From assembly GCA_963815195.1 (NCBI GenBank), contig CAWFGE010000022.1, positions 256,001 to 320,000 of the forward strand: a stretch of 64,000 nucleotides of DNA, in the 5' to 3' direction. Below the pieces are notes generated by a model. The model worked only from the letters and a program-made list of their open reading frames with translations, searched no databases and was not told the DNA's origin. Source of the DNA: an uncultured Planctomycetaceae bacterium. Lineage in GTDB: Bacteria; Planctomycetota; Planctomycetia; Planctomycetales; Planctomycetaceae. Shown here in pieces: positions 20,587 through 30,681 of this stretch (positions are counted from its first letter, which is position 1; the number at the start of each line of letters is the position of its first letter). The position numbers and the translations under genes are program-made.

Positions 20587-20727
20587 ATGACTGGCTACAC
20601 GGTCAACACGGGATCCAGCGAAGAATTCGCCGCCGGCTGGGACCGGATCTTCGGCGAAAAAAAGAAAGACAAGAAGCCCAAGAAGAAATCCGAAAAGGCG
20701 AAGGCCAAGAAATCCAAAAAGAAGTGA
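20587..20727 (+). CDS. 46-aa small protein with Lys-rich tail, absent from the ORF track
   Basis: MTGYTVNTGSSEEFAAGWDRIFGEKKKDKKPKKKSEKAKAKKSKKK; AAGGAG RBS. Confidence 0.8.
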   Translation: MTGYTVNTGSSEEFAAGWDRIFGEKKKDKKPKKKSEKAKAKKSKKK

Positions 20728-20736
20728 CAAATTTTG

Positions 20737-21915
20737 TCACACGCGGCGGCAGACGATCGCGCGGGTTTTGCCGGCGATGCGGGCGAACACCAGCGCGGCT
20801 TTGCCCGTGCCTTCGAGCGGGAGTTTCCGGCGGACGGCTTCCGCCTGGATCGGAACGTGCCGGCATTTGATCTCCACCTCCCCCGCCGGGTGATCGCGGA
20901 AGTAGCGGCGAATCGTGCGGTCGTTGTTGGGCATTTCCGCGAGGACTTCAAACCCCCGCACGAACGGTGACTCGCACCATTTGTCCGCGGTGAGGTATTC
21001 TTCCGCGTCGTCCAAGCGGATGAGCGAAGCCTGCTCCGCGAGCAAGTTCACGAGCCCCGACCGCACCACGGAGGGATCGGGATCGTACAAAAACCGGGCC
21101 AAGGGGCCGAATTCGCACAGGGCCTCCAGGGGATGCCCGGCGAGCGTCTCGTTCGCGGGCAGCACCGTCGCTCGCCATTGGCCCGTCGCGGCCAGTTCGC
21201 CGAACCACACCGCGGCTTCTTTGCATTCGCCGTGGAGGCTGATGAGTTCGATTTCCGCCTCGGGAAATTTTCCCAGAAAATTCGCGGCGGGGCTGAGCTT
21301 GATCGCTCCGCCGGGGACCGTGTCCATCAGTTTTTGCAGAAACGGCAGGCCGGGCTGGGCGTCTTCGATCCGCAGCGAGCGGCCGCGGCCCTTCGCCCGG
21401 CGGTCGGGATCGATATGCACGCGGTCGGGCCAACGGTCGGGGCTTTGAAAAAGCTGTTCCACATCGGCACATTCGATTTGCACGCGGTCTCTGACGCCAT
21501 AAACTTCCGCGTTCCACCGGGTTCTGAGGCAGGCTGCGGGATTGCGGTCGATCGCCATGACCTCGCCCCGCTCTGCGAGCGCGATCGCATCTCCGCCAAT
21601 GCCCGAGCACAAATCCCACACCGGCCCGGCAAACCTCAGGGCTTTGTGGCGGGCGACGAGTTCCGATGTGGCCTGCTCGAGGCCTTGCCGATCGAACCAC
21701 ATCCGGCCCGCCCGCGAGAATTTGTCTTTCGCCCGCTCGCGGAGTTCCTCGAGCGCAAACGCGGCCCGCACGAGGTCGTCGGGAAACTCGTCCCGCAACT
21801 GCCGCTGTTTTTGAAGCTCGGAGCCTTCGATTTGGCGGAGCCGGTCAAAAATTCCCTCGGCGTCCCGCAGCCGCCGGAGCCGTTGGACTTCTTCATTGGC
21901 GGAGGGTTCGCTCAT
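20737..21915 (-). CDS. Class I SAM-dependent methyltransferase with C-terminal THUMP-like domain
   Basis: GLEQATS, DLCSGIGGDA motif I, IDPDRR, IKLSP, GECKEA, LYDPDPSVVRSG, EIKCR. Confidence 0.85.
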   Translation of the reverse strand: MSEPSANEEVQRLRRLRDAEGIFDRLRQIEGSELQKQRQLRDEFPDDLVRAAFALEELRERAKDKFSRAGRMWFDRQGLEQATSELVARHKALRFAGPVWDLCSGIGGDAIALAERGEVMAIDRNPAACLRTRWNAEVYGVRDRVQIECADVEQLFQSPDRWPDRVHIDPDRRAKGRGRSLRIEDAQPGLPFLQKLMDTVPGGAIKLSPAANFLGKFPEAEIELISLHGECKEAAVWFGELAATGQWRATVLPANETLAGHPLEALCEFGPLARFLYDPDPSVVRSGLVNLLAEQASLIRLDDAEEYLTADKWCESPFVRGFEVLAEMPNNDRTIRRYFRDHPAGEVEIKCRHVPIQAEAVRRKLPLEGTGKAALVFARIAGKTRAIVCRRV

Positions 21916-22060
21916 GGGCCGGAAACGGGTTGGCATTTGTGGGAAAATCTGACTGTAGGTCAAGTCAAGACGGAATTGCAAACCAACCGGGGCGTCTATA
22001 GAGTGAGAGAACAAAATGTAGGAACGACCAAGCCTTAATGACCAATGCCCAAAACAGTTT

Positions 22061-22139
22061 GGGTGGCACGCCCTGAGGAACGCGGGGCGTGGTCTTTGCG
22101 ATTGCCACGCCCTGCGCTGCGCTCCGGGGCGTGCCACCC
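22061..22139. repeat. REP-like double hairpin, GGGTGGCACGCCC family
   Basis: Terminal inverted repeat GGGTGGCACGCCC / GGGCGTGCCACCC; related copies in opposite orientation at 43068 and 52592. Confidence 0.85.
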
Positions 22140-22171
22140 GGCCGCGAAAACTTGAAACCTGAAACGAAGCG

Positions 22172-23179
22172 ATGCATATCCCCGATGGAGTTTTGAGTCC
22201 CGAAGTTTGTGCGGGCACCGGTGCGTTGGCGGCGGGCGCGGTGCGGTACAGCTTGCACCGTTTGCGGCAATCGCCTTCCGACCGCACCGTGCCTTTGACG
22301 GGAATGATGGCGGCGGTGATCTTCGCGGGGCAAATGGTGAATTTTCCCGTCTCGCTGTTCGGCATCCCGGCGGTGTCGGGGCATTTGATGGGCGGCGTGC
22401 TGGCGGCGGCCGTCTTGGGACCGTGGGCCGGCTGCCTGGCGGTGTTTCTGGTGCTGCTCGTGCAAGGCGTGCTGTTCGCCGACGGCGGCTTGTTATCGCT
22501 GGGGGCGAACACCTTGAACATGGCCGTCGTCGGAGCCTGGGGCGGCTACGGCGTTTTGAGCTTCGTCAAAAACCGCTTCGCCAACGACGCCCGCGGGGTG
22601 ATCGTCGGGATCGTCGTCGCGTCCTGGCTGAGCGTGCTTGCGGCCGCGGCCCTGTTCTGCGGCGAAGTGTGGCTCTCCTGGAACGTGCCGGAGTTCGACT
22701 TCGGCAGCTTGTTCACGTTGATGGTCACCGTGCACTCGGCCATCGGCATCGGGGAGGCATTGATTACCGGCAGCATCGTGAGTTTTCTGCTTTTGCACAG
22801 GCGGGAACTGATTTCGCGAATGCAGCGGGCGGAAACCGGCCGCCGATCCTGGGCGCCGGTGATGATCACGGGCTTCGTCCTGGCCTTGGCGATCGCTGCG
22901 TTTTTGGCTCCGTTTGCTTCGGGGCATCCCGACGGCTTGGAAAGCGTGGCCGAGAAAACGACTCTCGATGCGCGGGTCGGGGAACCGACCGTGATGCTCC
23001 TGTCCGATTATGCGATTCCGCTGCCTTTCGCCGATTGGGAAGCCGTTCCCGCGTGGCGGATGATTTCGGTGAGCCTGGCGGGGATCCTGGGAACGTTGGC
23101 GGTGATTGCAATGGGCTTTTTGATGGGCCGGGCCCTGCCGGTTTCGCCGGTGTCCGCGGGAGTCAACGATGCCCGCTGA
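22172..23179 (+). CDS. cbiM: ECF Ni/Co transporter substrate component CbiM/NikM fused to a PDGLE (N-type) domain
   Basis: N-terminal MHIPDG, FAGQMVNFP, SGHLMGG, LFADGG, HPDGLE. Confidence 0.9.
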   Translation: MHIPDGVLSPEVCAGTGALAAGAVRYSLHRLRQSPSDRTVPLTGMMAAVIFAGQMVNFPVSLFGIPAVSGHLMGGVLAAAVLGPWAGCLAVFLVLLVQGVLFADGGLLSLGANTLNMAVVGAWGGYGVLSFVKNRFANDARGVIVGIVVASWLSVLAAAALFCGEVWLSWNVPEFDFGSLFTLMVTVHSAIGIGEALITGSIVSFLLLHRRELISRMQRAETGRRSWAPVMITGFVLALAIAAFLAPFASGHPDGLESVAEKTTLDARVGEPTVMLLSDYAIPLPFADWEAVPAWRMISVSLAGILGTLAVIAMGFLMGRALPVSPVSAGVNDAR

Positions 23180-23830
23180 AACGTCTAAGGCGAGTCCCGC
23201 ACCGCTGTCGATTTGTCATCGGTTGCCGGCGGGGGCGAGGTTGGGGTTGGCGTTTGGCGTCGTGCTGATCGCGGTGCTGACGCCGGCGGAGTTTTGGCCG
23301 CTCTCCGGCGTGTTGGGCTGTGTGATCTTCGTGGGGCAGACGTTGGCGAACATCCCGTTCGCGTACATTGGCCGGCGGTTGTTGATCTTCGTTCCGCCGG
23401 TGACCCTGGTGGCTCTGTCCTTTCCCATGTCTCAGGGGTTTCAAACGGGCTGGTCGGTGAGCGTGGCGATTTTGTTGCGGAGCACTTTGGCGCTCATGGC
23501 AGGGATTTGGATGGTGCATGTGCTGCCGTTCGAGGAAATGCTGCAAACGCTCCGGCGTTACAAAGTCCCGATGGTGCTGGTTGCCACGCTGGCGTTTGCG
23601 TACCGGTATGCGTTCGTGCTTTGGGATGAACTCGACAAAATGCGCACCGCCCGCCGGGCCCGCACGTTCGGCCATCCGGGTCTGTGGAGCCGCTGGAAAA
23701 CCTCGGCTCAACTGTTGGGCATGCTGCTTTTGCGGGCGTTGTCCCGGGCCGAGCGCGTGCACGGAGCGATGTCGCCCGCGGCTGGGACGGCGAAATTCGC
23801 ACGCTCGATGAAACCACGGACGAGCGATAA
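23169..23830 (+). CDS. cbiQ: ECF transporter T component (frameshift near 23772)
   Basis: TM helices, AYRYAFVLWDEL..MRTARRAR, RAERVHGAM, then ARGWDG in the shifted frame to TAA at 23830. Confidence 0.85.
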
Positions 23831-23884
23831 ACGGCAAAGAGGGAATATGCAAAAGTGCCTGTTTCACAGAAGACCGTATTCAAA

Positions 23885-23975
23885 GGGTGCCACTGGCAAC
23901 TTGTTGCCAGTGTTTGCCTGGATTTTGATGACGCTCCTGGCAGAAGCACTGGCAGGCAAGCTGCCAGTGGCACCC
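23885..23975. repeat. Inverted REP pair, GTGCCACTGGC..GCCAGTG family
   Basis: GGGTGCCACTGGCAACTTGTTGCCAGTG and CACTGGCAGGCAAGCTGCCAGTGGCACCC; a single arm also at 43300..43320. Confidence 0.8.
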
Positions 23976-24042
23976 CGCGACCGAAGCCGCCCGTTCTCCC
24001 GTTCTCCCCTTCTCAGATCTCCCCCTCTTCTCAAACGGCCGC

Positions 24043-24831
24043 ATGAACGACACCCCGCCCCGGTTCGCGCTTCGCGTCCATCACTTGAGCTATCTATACC
24101 CGGACGGCTTCCGGGCGCTCGACGACGTCTCATTCGATCTGGCTCCCGGCGAACGGGTGGGGCTGGTGGGTCCGAGCGGTGCGGGCAAATCGACGCTGCT
24201 CATGCACTTGAACGGCTTGTTGCCCCACCCGCTGCCGGCCCATGCGGGGAACGGATCGGCCACCGTCACCGTCAACGGCGTTCCCCTGTCGCCCGCGAGT
24301 CTGGCGGGCGTTCGGCGGGACGTGGCATTTTTGTTTCAGGACCCGGACGACCAACTGTTCTGCCCCACGGTGTTTGAGGATGTCGCCTTCGGCCCGTTGA
24401 ACCTGGGACTCTCCGCCGCCGAAATCCGCCGGCGGATCGCGGAGAGCCTGGACGCCGTGGGCCTTTCGGGGTTCGAACAGCGGAGCACGATGCGCTTGAG
24501 CGTGGGCGAACGCAAGCGGGTGTGCCTTGCGGGGCTGCTCGCGTGCCGGCCTCAGGTCCTCGCCCTCGACGAACCGTCGAGCAACCTCGACCCGCGAGCC
24601 CGCCGGCGGTTGTTGTCGTATCTGGCCGACTTCCCCGGCAGCCAGATCATCGCCACGCACGATCTGGATTTCGTGGTCGAGCATTGCCAGCGTGTCTTGG
24701 TCTTGGACGGCGGCCGCATTCACGCCGACGGCCCGCCGCACAGCATCCTCGCCAAGCCGCTGCTCATGGAGCAGCACGGTCTCGAAGTCCCGCTGCTCTT
24801 GCAAGTCCGCCAACACCGCGTCCGCGAATAG
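24043..24831 (+). CDS. cbiO: ECF transporter ATPase
   Basis: GPSGAGKST, FQDPDDQLF, LSVGE, LDEP, THD, C-terminal HGLEVP. Confidence 0.92.
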   Translation: MNDTPPRFALRVHHLSYLYPDGFRALDDVSFDLAPGERVGLVGPSGAGKSTLLMHLNGLLPHPLPAHAGNGSATVTVNGVPLSPASLAGVRRDVAFLFQDPDDQLFCPTVFEDVAFGPLNLGLSAAEIRRRIAESLDAVGLSGFEQRSTMRLSVGERKRVCLAGLLACRPQVLALDEPSSNLDPRARRRLLSYLADFPGSQIIATHDLDFVVEHCQRVLVLDGGRIHADGPPHSILAKPLLMEQHGLEVPLLLQVRQHRVRE

Positions 24832-24844
24832 AGAGCCAATTCTT

Positions 24845-25321
24845 ATGACAACCGAAACCGGCACCTTAAAACAAGCCCTCAAACGCTGGACGTTGATCCT
24901 GGGCGTCTTGCAGATTACGGTGGGCTGCGCGGTGGGATTCATTCCGCCGTCCGCCGTCGCCTGGTTTCGCGGGATCGTGATGGCCCATATCGAGTTCACG
25001 GCCAACGGAGTGTTGATGGTCGTCTTTGCGTTTGTGGTGAGCGAACTCAACCTGGGGCCGACCGCGCTTTGGCTCTGGTTTGTGTTGCTCCAGATCGGAA
25101 CCTGGACCAACGGAGCGGCGGGCGTGGCGGCGGGTTTCATCGGGGCTTCATCGAAACTCATGCCGACGATCAATGAAAAATTCCCGCCGCCTAAGGGCAC
25201 CGATCATCCGCTCGTTTCCGGCAGCCTTTTGGTCTGCGGCGTGACGGTCATGCTGGCCTTGCTGCTCACGTTGTATGGTCTGCTGCGTTCCAAACCCTCG
25301 GTGCAGGATGCAATCAGCTAA
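24845..25321 (+). CDS. Four-TM membrane protein, possible styrene-oxide-isomerase (StyC)-like family
   Basis: Four hydrophobic helices; MAHIEFTANG resembles the His-containing helix of StyC-like proteins. Confidence 0.55.
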   Translation: MTTETGTLKQALKRWTLILGVLQITVGCAVGFIPPSAVAWFRGIVMAHIEFTANGVLMVVFAFVVSELNLGPTALWLWFVLLQIGTWTNGAAGVAAGFIGASSKLMPTINEKFPPPKGTDHPLVSGSLLVCGVTVMLALLLTLYGLLRSKPSVQDAIS

Positions 25322-25343
25322 GGACAAACCCCCGGAACATCTG

Positions 25344-25769
25344 ATGAAACTTGAGAACGTCACCCACATCAAAGCTCCGCCAGACGTTGTCTGGAGCGTC
25401 ACGGAAGATGTCGAACGCTGGCCGGAGTGGTCGCCGACGATGGAGACGATCGAGCGGCTTGACGCAGGGCCGTTTGACGTCGGGAGCACGGCCCGCATCA
25501 AACAACCGGGCCTTCCTCCGGCGGAATGGCGCGTGACCGAACTCGTGCGCGGCGAGCGGTTCAGCTGGGAAACCCGCGTCCGCGGAATGCGAATGATCGG
25601 CACGCACGAGGTGCTGCCCATCGAAGACGGCACCCGCAGCCTGCTTCGCATCGAAATCACCGGCTTCCCAGTCGTGCTCTTCTGGCCGCTGATTTTCTTT
25701 TCTGTTAAAAAATCCCTCGAACGGGAAAACGCCGGCCTCAAAACCCGGTGCGAAAAGTTGCACGCCTGA
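25344..25769 (+). CDS. SRPBCC / polyketide cyclase-like protein
   Basis: IKAPPDVVWSV..DVERWPEW, WRVTEL..FSW, C-terminal helix ENAGLKTRCE. Confidence 0.85.
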   Translation: MKLENVTHIKAPPDVVWSVTEDVERWPEWSPTMETIERLDAGPFDVGSTARIKQPGLPPAEWRVTELVRGERFSWETRVRGMRMIGTHEVLPIEDGTRSLLRIEITGFPVVLFWPLIFFSVKKSLERENAGLKTRCEKLHA

Positions 25770-25792
25770 CGGCATCGCCGGGGACGATCAAT

Positions 25793-26482
25793 ATGCAGCA
25801 TCCTGAACATCATCGACTTCAGCGCTCCGGTTGGCTCAGGGCGGCAGTGCTCGGGGCCAATGATGGGATTGTCTCCACGGCGAGCCTGATCGTGGGCGTC
25901 GCGGCGGCGGATGCGGTCAAGGGGAACATTATCCTCGCCGGGACCGCGGGCCTCGTCGCGGGGGCGATGTCGATGGCGGCCGGCGAGTATGTTTCCGTGA
26001 AGTCGCAAGAGGACACGGAACGGGCCGACCTGAAAATGGAATCCGAAGCCCTCAAAAACAACCCGGTCGGGGAAGAAGCGGAGCTTGCCGACATTTACCG
26101 GGAGCGGGGTTTGGATGAAAACCTGTCGAAAGAAGTCGCCCGGCAGTTGATGCAGCACGATGCGCTGGCGGCTCATGCGCGGGATGAGATCGGGATCACG
26201 GCGGAACTCAGCGCCCGCCCGCTGCAAGCCGCGCTCTCGTCCGCCGCGGCGTTTTCCCTCGGGGCGGCGGTGCCGTTGACCACAGCCGCCGTGGTTCCCT
26301 TGTCGCTGTTATTGTGGCTCGTCCCGGGGCTGGTGATCATTTTGTTGGGCGTCTTGGGAGCAATCGCCGCGAAGACGGGCGGTGCCCCGCCTCTTCCGGG
26401 AGCGGTGCGGGTTTGCTTTTGGGGATCGCTCGCGATGGCCCTCACCGCCGCCGTCGGCAAAATCTTCGGCATCGCTGCGTGA
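25793..26482 (+). CDS. VIT1/CCC1 family Fe/Mn transporter
   Basis: LRAAVLGANDGIVS, AGAMSMAAGEYVSV.SQ, HARDEIG, PLQAA. Confidence 0.93.
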   Translation: MQHPEHHRLQRSGWLRAAVLGANDGIVSTASLIVGVAAADAVKGNIILAGTAGLVAGAMSMAAGEYVSVKSQEDTERADLKMESEALKNNPVGEEAELADIYRERGLDENLSKEVARQLMQHDALAAHARDEIGITAELSARPLQAALSSAAAFSLGAAVPLTTAAVVPLSLLLWLVPGLVIILLGVLGAIAAKTGGAPPLPGAVRVCFWGSLAMALTAAVGKIFGIAA

Positions 26483-26493
26483 CCGCTCGTCTT

Positions 26494-26560
26494 TGAGCGG
26501 CAAGGCGCTAGCCGCCGGCTTTTCCTGTTGCTCAACCGGTGGCTAGCGCCATTCCGCTCA
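26494..26560. repeat. Inverted REP pair, GGCGCTAGCC family
   Basis: TGAGCGGCAAGGCGCTAGCCGCCGG ... CCGGTGGCTAGCGCCATTCCGCTCA. Confidence 0.8.
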
Positions 26561-26667
26561 GTGACTTCTCGATCGATGCTAAGCGGTGAGTTCCGCCCCG
26601 GTCCGGTTCCGTGTTATCATGGCAAGCCTTGCTCCGCTCGGTTTTTGATGACAACGAAAGTGCTCCC

Positions 26668-28401
26668 ATGATTTCATCTCTGCGGTTTTCTGTTGCCCTG
26701 TTGTGTTTGATCGTTCTTTCGGGGAAAGAGTTATCGGCAGCGGACGAGCGGCCGAATGTGATTTTGATTATGACCGACGACCAAGGCTACGGCGATCTCG
26801 CGTGTCTTGGAAACCCACAAATCAAAACGCCGAATATGGATAAACTCTACGGCGAAAGCGTGCGGCTGACGAATTATCATGTCGATCCCACCTGCTCGCC
26901 CACGCGGTCGGCCTTGATGACGGGCCGCTATTCCAGCCGAACCGGGGTTTGGCACACGATCATGGGCCGTTCGATTATGCACCCCGATGAAATCACCGTG
27001 GCCGAGGTGTTTTCGGGCGCCGGCTACAAGACGGCCATCTTCGGGAAATGGCATCTGGGCGACAACTCTCCCTGCCGGCCGCAGGACCAGGGCTTTGAGG
27101 AAGTGCTCGTCAACGGCGGCGGGGGCGTCACGCAGACGCCCGACTACTGGGGCAACGATTACTTCGCCGACACCTACTTCCACAACGGGAAGCCCGAAAA
27201 ATTCGACAAGTATTGCACCGACGTGTGGTTCGACGCGGCGATGAAGTTCATCGAGCAAAACAAGGACCGCCCCTTCTTCGCCTACATGCCCACCAACGCC
27301 GCCCACGGTCCGTTTCTCGTGGCGGAGAAGTATTCGAAGCCTTACAAGGACATGGGCATCCCGTCGCCTCGGGCGGAGTTTTATGGGATGATCACCAACA
27401 TCGACGAGAACCTGGGCCGATTGGAAAAGAAGCTCGCGGAACTCGATCTTATCGACAACACGATTTTGATCTTCACCACCGACAACGGCACCGCGGCCGG
27501 GGCACAGCGGGGCGGATTCAACGCCGGGATGCGGGGCCAGAAAGGTTCCGAGTACGAGGGCGGGCACCGGGTGCCGTTTTTCATCCGCTGGCCGAAGGGA
27601 AACATCGTCGGCGGCCGGGATGTCAAGCATCTGACGGCCCATATCGACGTGCTGCCCACGCTTGCGGACCTTTGCGGCGTCCAGGTTCCTCAAGCGGCCA
27701 AAGTGGACGGCCAAAGTTTGCTGCCGTTGCTCAAGGATTCCAAAGCGAATTGGCCGGAGCGAACGCTCGCGGTGCATTCACAGCGGTTGGAGTTCCCCAA
27801 GAAGTGGCGGAAAGCCGCGGTAATGACGGACCGCTGGCGGTTCGTGACGGACGGCGACCGCCGGGAACTGTTCGACATGGACAAAGACCCCGGCCAGAAA
27901 ACCAACGTCGCCCAGGATCATCCCGACGTGTTTCGCCGGTTAAGCGGCGACTATGAAAAATGGTACGAGAGCATCTCCACGCGGTTTGACGATTACGTGC
28001 GGATCGGTTTGGGCGATGACGCGGAAAACCCCGCGCACCTTACCTGCCACGATTGGCACACCGACAACGGCCCCGTGCCCTGGAATCAACCCAGCGTGGC
28101 CCGGCATCCCAAAGCCAACGGGTTTTGGGCCGTCGATGTGAAGCAGCCGGGCCAATACAAAATCACGCTCCGGCTCCGGCCGTATTACATCGAAGAACCT
28201 GTTCCCCTGGAAGCCGCCACCGCCCGCATTCAAGTCGGCAAAGTGGAAGCCGAAACTACGATCCCACGCAACTCAACATCGGTGTCGTTCGACGTCTCAT
28301 TACCCGCCGGTCCCGCGAAACTTCAAACCTGGCTCGAAGGCGAACCCAAGGGTTCCCACGGGGCGTATTTCATCGATGTGGAGCGGGTTGGGAACCGGTA
28401 A
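26668..28401 (+). CDS. Secreted formylglycine-dependent arylsulfatase
   Basis: Signal peptide, PNVILIMTDDQG, CSPTRSALMTGR, GKWHLG, DNG, YEGGHRVP. Confidence 0.95.
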   Translation: MISSLRFSVALLCLIVLSGKELSAADERPNVILIMTDDQGYGDLACLGNPQIKTPNMDKLYGESVRLTNYHVDPTCSPTRSALMTGRYSSRTGVWHTIMGRSIMHPDEITVAEVFSGAGYKTAIFGKWHLGDNSPCRPQDQGFEEVLVNGGGGVTQTPDYWGNDYFADTYFHNGKPEKFDKYCTDVWFDAAMKFIEQNKDRPFFAYMPTNAAHGPFLVAEKYSKPYKDMGIPSPRAEFYGMITNIDENLGRLEKKLAELDLIDNTILIFTTDNGTAAGAQRGGFNAGMRGQKGSEYEGGHRVPFFIRWPKGNIVGGRDVKHLTAHIDVLPTLADLCGVQVPQAAKVDGQSLLPLLKDSKANWPERTLAVHSQRLEFPKKWRKAAVMTDRWRFVTDGDRRELFDMDKDPGQKTNVAQDHPDVFRRLSGDYEKWYESISTRFDDYVRIGLGDDAENPAHLTCHDWHTDNGPVPWNQPSVARHPKANGFWAVDVKQPGQYKITLRLRPYYIEEPVPLEAATARIQVGKVEAETTIPRNSTSVSFDVSLPAGPAKLQTWLEGEPKGSHGAYFIDVERVGNR

Positions 28402-28448
28402 CAAAGTCGCCCTTCGCGGAGCGAACGGCGACGGACAGATGTTCGACG

Positions 28449-28959
28449 CTAAGGGGCTCGCATCTGACTTCGCGTGAGGCGGGTTCTTTGGAAGATAATG
28501 CCCGCAATCGCCAGGCCGGCGAGGATCGCCAGGCGGATTTGGTGCTCGACCGGGATTTCCGCGGCGATCATCGTGGCCCCGGCGAGCGAGGACAGGATGA
28601 TGATCGCCCAATCGACCAGGAGCAACGCAATCACCGCCCCGATCACCCCGCCGATGATGATCCAGGCGGTGTTGTTATTGCCCGCAAGTTCGTATTGCGT
28701 CAGCGCGATTTGGACGAGATAGCAGCCGGAAAGAAAACCGACCAGCCCGAATGCGAGCCATTGAAACGCCACGGCCAAGAGTGCGGCGACGATTCCGACG
28801 CCGACGGCAATCAGGCCTTGGATCAATTGGGAGTCGGAGATGCCCAGGTTGCCGGCGAATTCGAAACCGATCACAAACCCCAACAAGGCCACCAGCGCCC
28901 AATACAGCGGCCGGCCGAACAACAGAATCAGCGCCGGCGATAAAGTGGAAGATTTGCAT
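28449..28959 (-). CDS. DUF4203/TMEM198-like membrane protein (probable frameshift near 28930)
   Basis: LLFGRPLYW..GF..G, six hydrophobic segments, SSLAGA, GIIFQ; the GGAG RBS precedes an out-of-frame ATG at 28959. Confidence 0.7.
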
Positions 28960-29092
28960 AATCGACTCCGCATGGCTCGTTTGATAGTTCGTAGGATTCA
29001 AACCTGAGAACCACTTTAGCAACAAAAATGAGAGCAGGAATCCGTCGGGATCCATGCTCTCTTCTCAGGAGAACCATTTCGCGGAGGTGGGT

Positions 29093-30439
29093 TTAATACC
29101 GGTAGTAGTCCGGCTTAAAGGGGCCGGCGACCGGGATGCCCAGGTACTTGGCTTGTTTATCGTTGAGCTTGGTCAGCTTGACGCCGAGCTTGTCCAGATG
29201 CAGCCGGGCGACTTCCTCGTCCAACTCTTTGGGCAGGACGTGCACGCCGACGCTGAAGTTTTCGGTCTCCGTCCAAAGGGCGATCTGGCCGAGCACCTGG
29301 TTGGTAAAGCTGTTGGACATCACAAACGAGGGATGCCCGGTCGCGCAGCCCAGGTTGACCAGCCGGCCTTCGGCGAGCACCAGAATTGCTTTGCCGTCGG
29401 GGTAAACCCATTTGTCGACCGGGCCGCCCACGTCGCTGTCGGCTTTGATTTTGACGCGCTCGATGTCGCCCCGGTTCTTGAGGTAGGCGATGTCGATTTC
29501 GGAATCGAAGTGGCCGATGTTGCACACGATGACTTCGTTTTTCATCGCGTCCAAGTGCGGGCCGGTGATCACGTCGCAGCAGCCGGTCGCGGTGACGAAG
29601 ATGTCGCCCATCGCGGCGGCTTCTTCCATCGTGGTGACCTGGTAGCCTTCCATCGCGGCTTGCAGGGCGCAGATCGGATCGATTTCCGTGATCACCACGC
29701 GGGCCCCGAGGCCGCGCATGGCATCCGCGCAGCCTTTGCCCACGTCGCCGTAACCGCAGATGACAACGACCTTGCCCGCGACCATGATGTCGGTGGCCCG
29801 CTTGATGCCGTCGGCCAGCGACTCCCGGCAGCCATAGAGGTTGTCGAACTTGCTCTTGGTGACGGAGTCGTTCACGTTGATGGCCGGGCAGCCGAGCTTG
29901 CCTTCTTTGTGCATCTGGTGCAGGCGGTGGATGCCGGTCGTGGTCTCTTCGGTCAGGCCTTTGATGTGGTCGAGGAGTTCGGGGAATTTCTCGTGGACCA
30001 TCAGCGTCAAGTCGCCGCCGTCGTCGAGGATCATATTGAGGGATTCGCCGTCGGGCCAGAACAGGGTCTGCTCGATGCACCAGTCGAATTCCTCTTCCGA
30101 CATGCCTTTCCAGGCGAAGACCGCCACGCCGGTCTTGGCGATGGCGGCGGCGGCGTGGTCCTGCGTCGAGAAGATGTTGCAGCTCGACCAGCGGACTTCC
30201 GCCCCCAAGGCCGTGAGGGTTTCGATCAACACGGCGGTCTGGATCGTCATGTGCAGGCAGCCGGCGATCCGCGCGCCTTTGAGCGGCTGCGACGGGCCGT
30301 ATTTTTCCCTGAGGGCCATCAGGCCCGGCATCTGGTTCTCGGCCAGTTCGATTTCCATCCGGCCCCAGTTGGCGAGCCGCTCGAATTCTTCGGGGCTGCA
30401 ATTTTTGACTTTGTACGGGAGCGGTGCGATTTTGGTCAT
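29093..30439 (-). CDS. ahcY: Adenosylhomocysteinase
   Basis: [71 protein letters not shown]-terminal YRY. Confidence 0.98.
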   Translation of the reverse strand: MTKIAPLPYKVKNCSPEEFERLANWGRMEIELAENQMPGLMALREKYGPSQPLKGARIAGCLHMTIQTAVLIETLTALGAEVRWSSCNIFSTQDHAAAAIAKTGVAVFAWKGMSEEEFDWCIEQTLFWPDGESLNMILDDGGDLTLMVHEKFPELLDHIKGLTEETTTGIHRLHQMHKEGKLGCPAINVNDSVTKSKFDNLYGCRESLADGIKRATDIMVAGKVVVICGYGDVGKGCADAMRGLGARVVITEIDPICALQAAMEGYQVTTMEEAAAMGDIFVTATGCCDVITGPHLDAMKNEVIVCNIGHFDSEIDIAYLKNRGDIERVKIKADSDVGGPVDKWVYPDGKAILVLAEGRLVNLGCATGHPSFVMSNSFTNQVLGQIALWTETENFSVGVHVLPKELDEEVARLHLDKLGVKLTKLNDKQAKYLGIPVAGPFKPDYYRY

Positions 30440-30592
30440 TGGAATCTCCAATCAGACAAACGACGAGCCGGACGCGAAGACACTTCCCCATCCGGATTCG
30501 ATGCGATTTCACGAATTGCCCGCTAACATAGGAGATTACTCCCCCAGCGGCAACCATTTCCGCGGGAAAAAGCCAATCTTCGCACCGGCACC

Positions 30593-30645
30593 AAAACAAA
30601 AAGTCCCGGTTCCGGCCGCTTTGCAGGAGGGCCGGAACCAGGACT
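30593..30645 (-). terminator. Rho-independent terminator
   Basis: Stem AGTCC.GGTTCCGGCC / GGCCGGAACC.GGACT with a T-rich tail on the minus strand. Confidence 0.7.
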
Positions 30646-30681
30646 GGGGAGAGCCGTATCGAAAAGATAACGCACGATCCG

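Noticed and set aside
21916..22171. Cobalamin or NiCo riboswitch upstream of cbiM
   Set aside because: No B12-box seen; the structured part is a repeat also found at 43068 and 52592.
30440..30680. SAH or SAM riboswitch upstream of ahcY
   Set aside because: No recognisable consensus by eye; the only strong hairpin fits the terminator of the upstream gene. An Infernal/Rfam scan would settle it.
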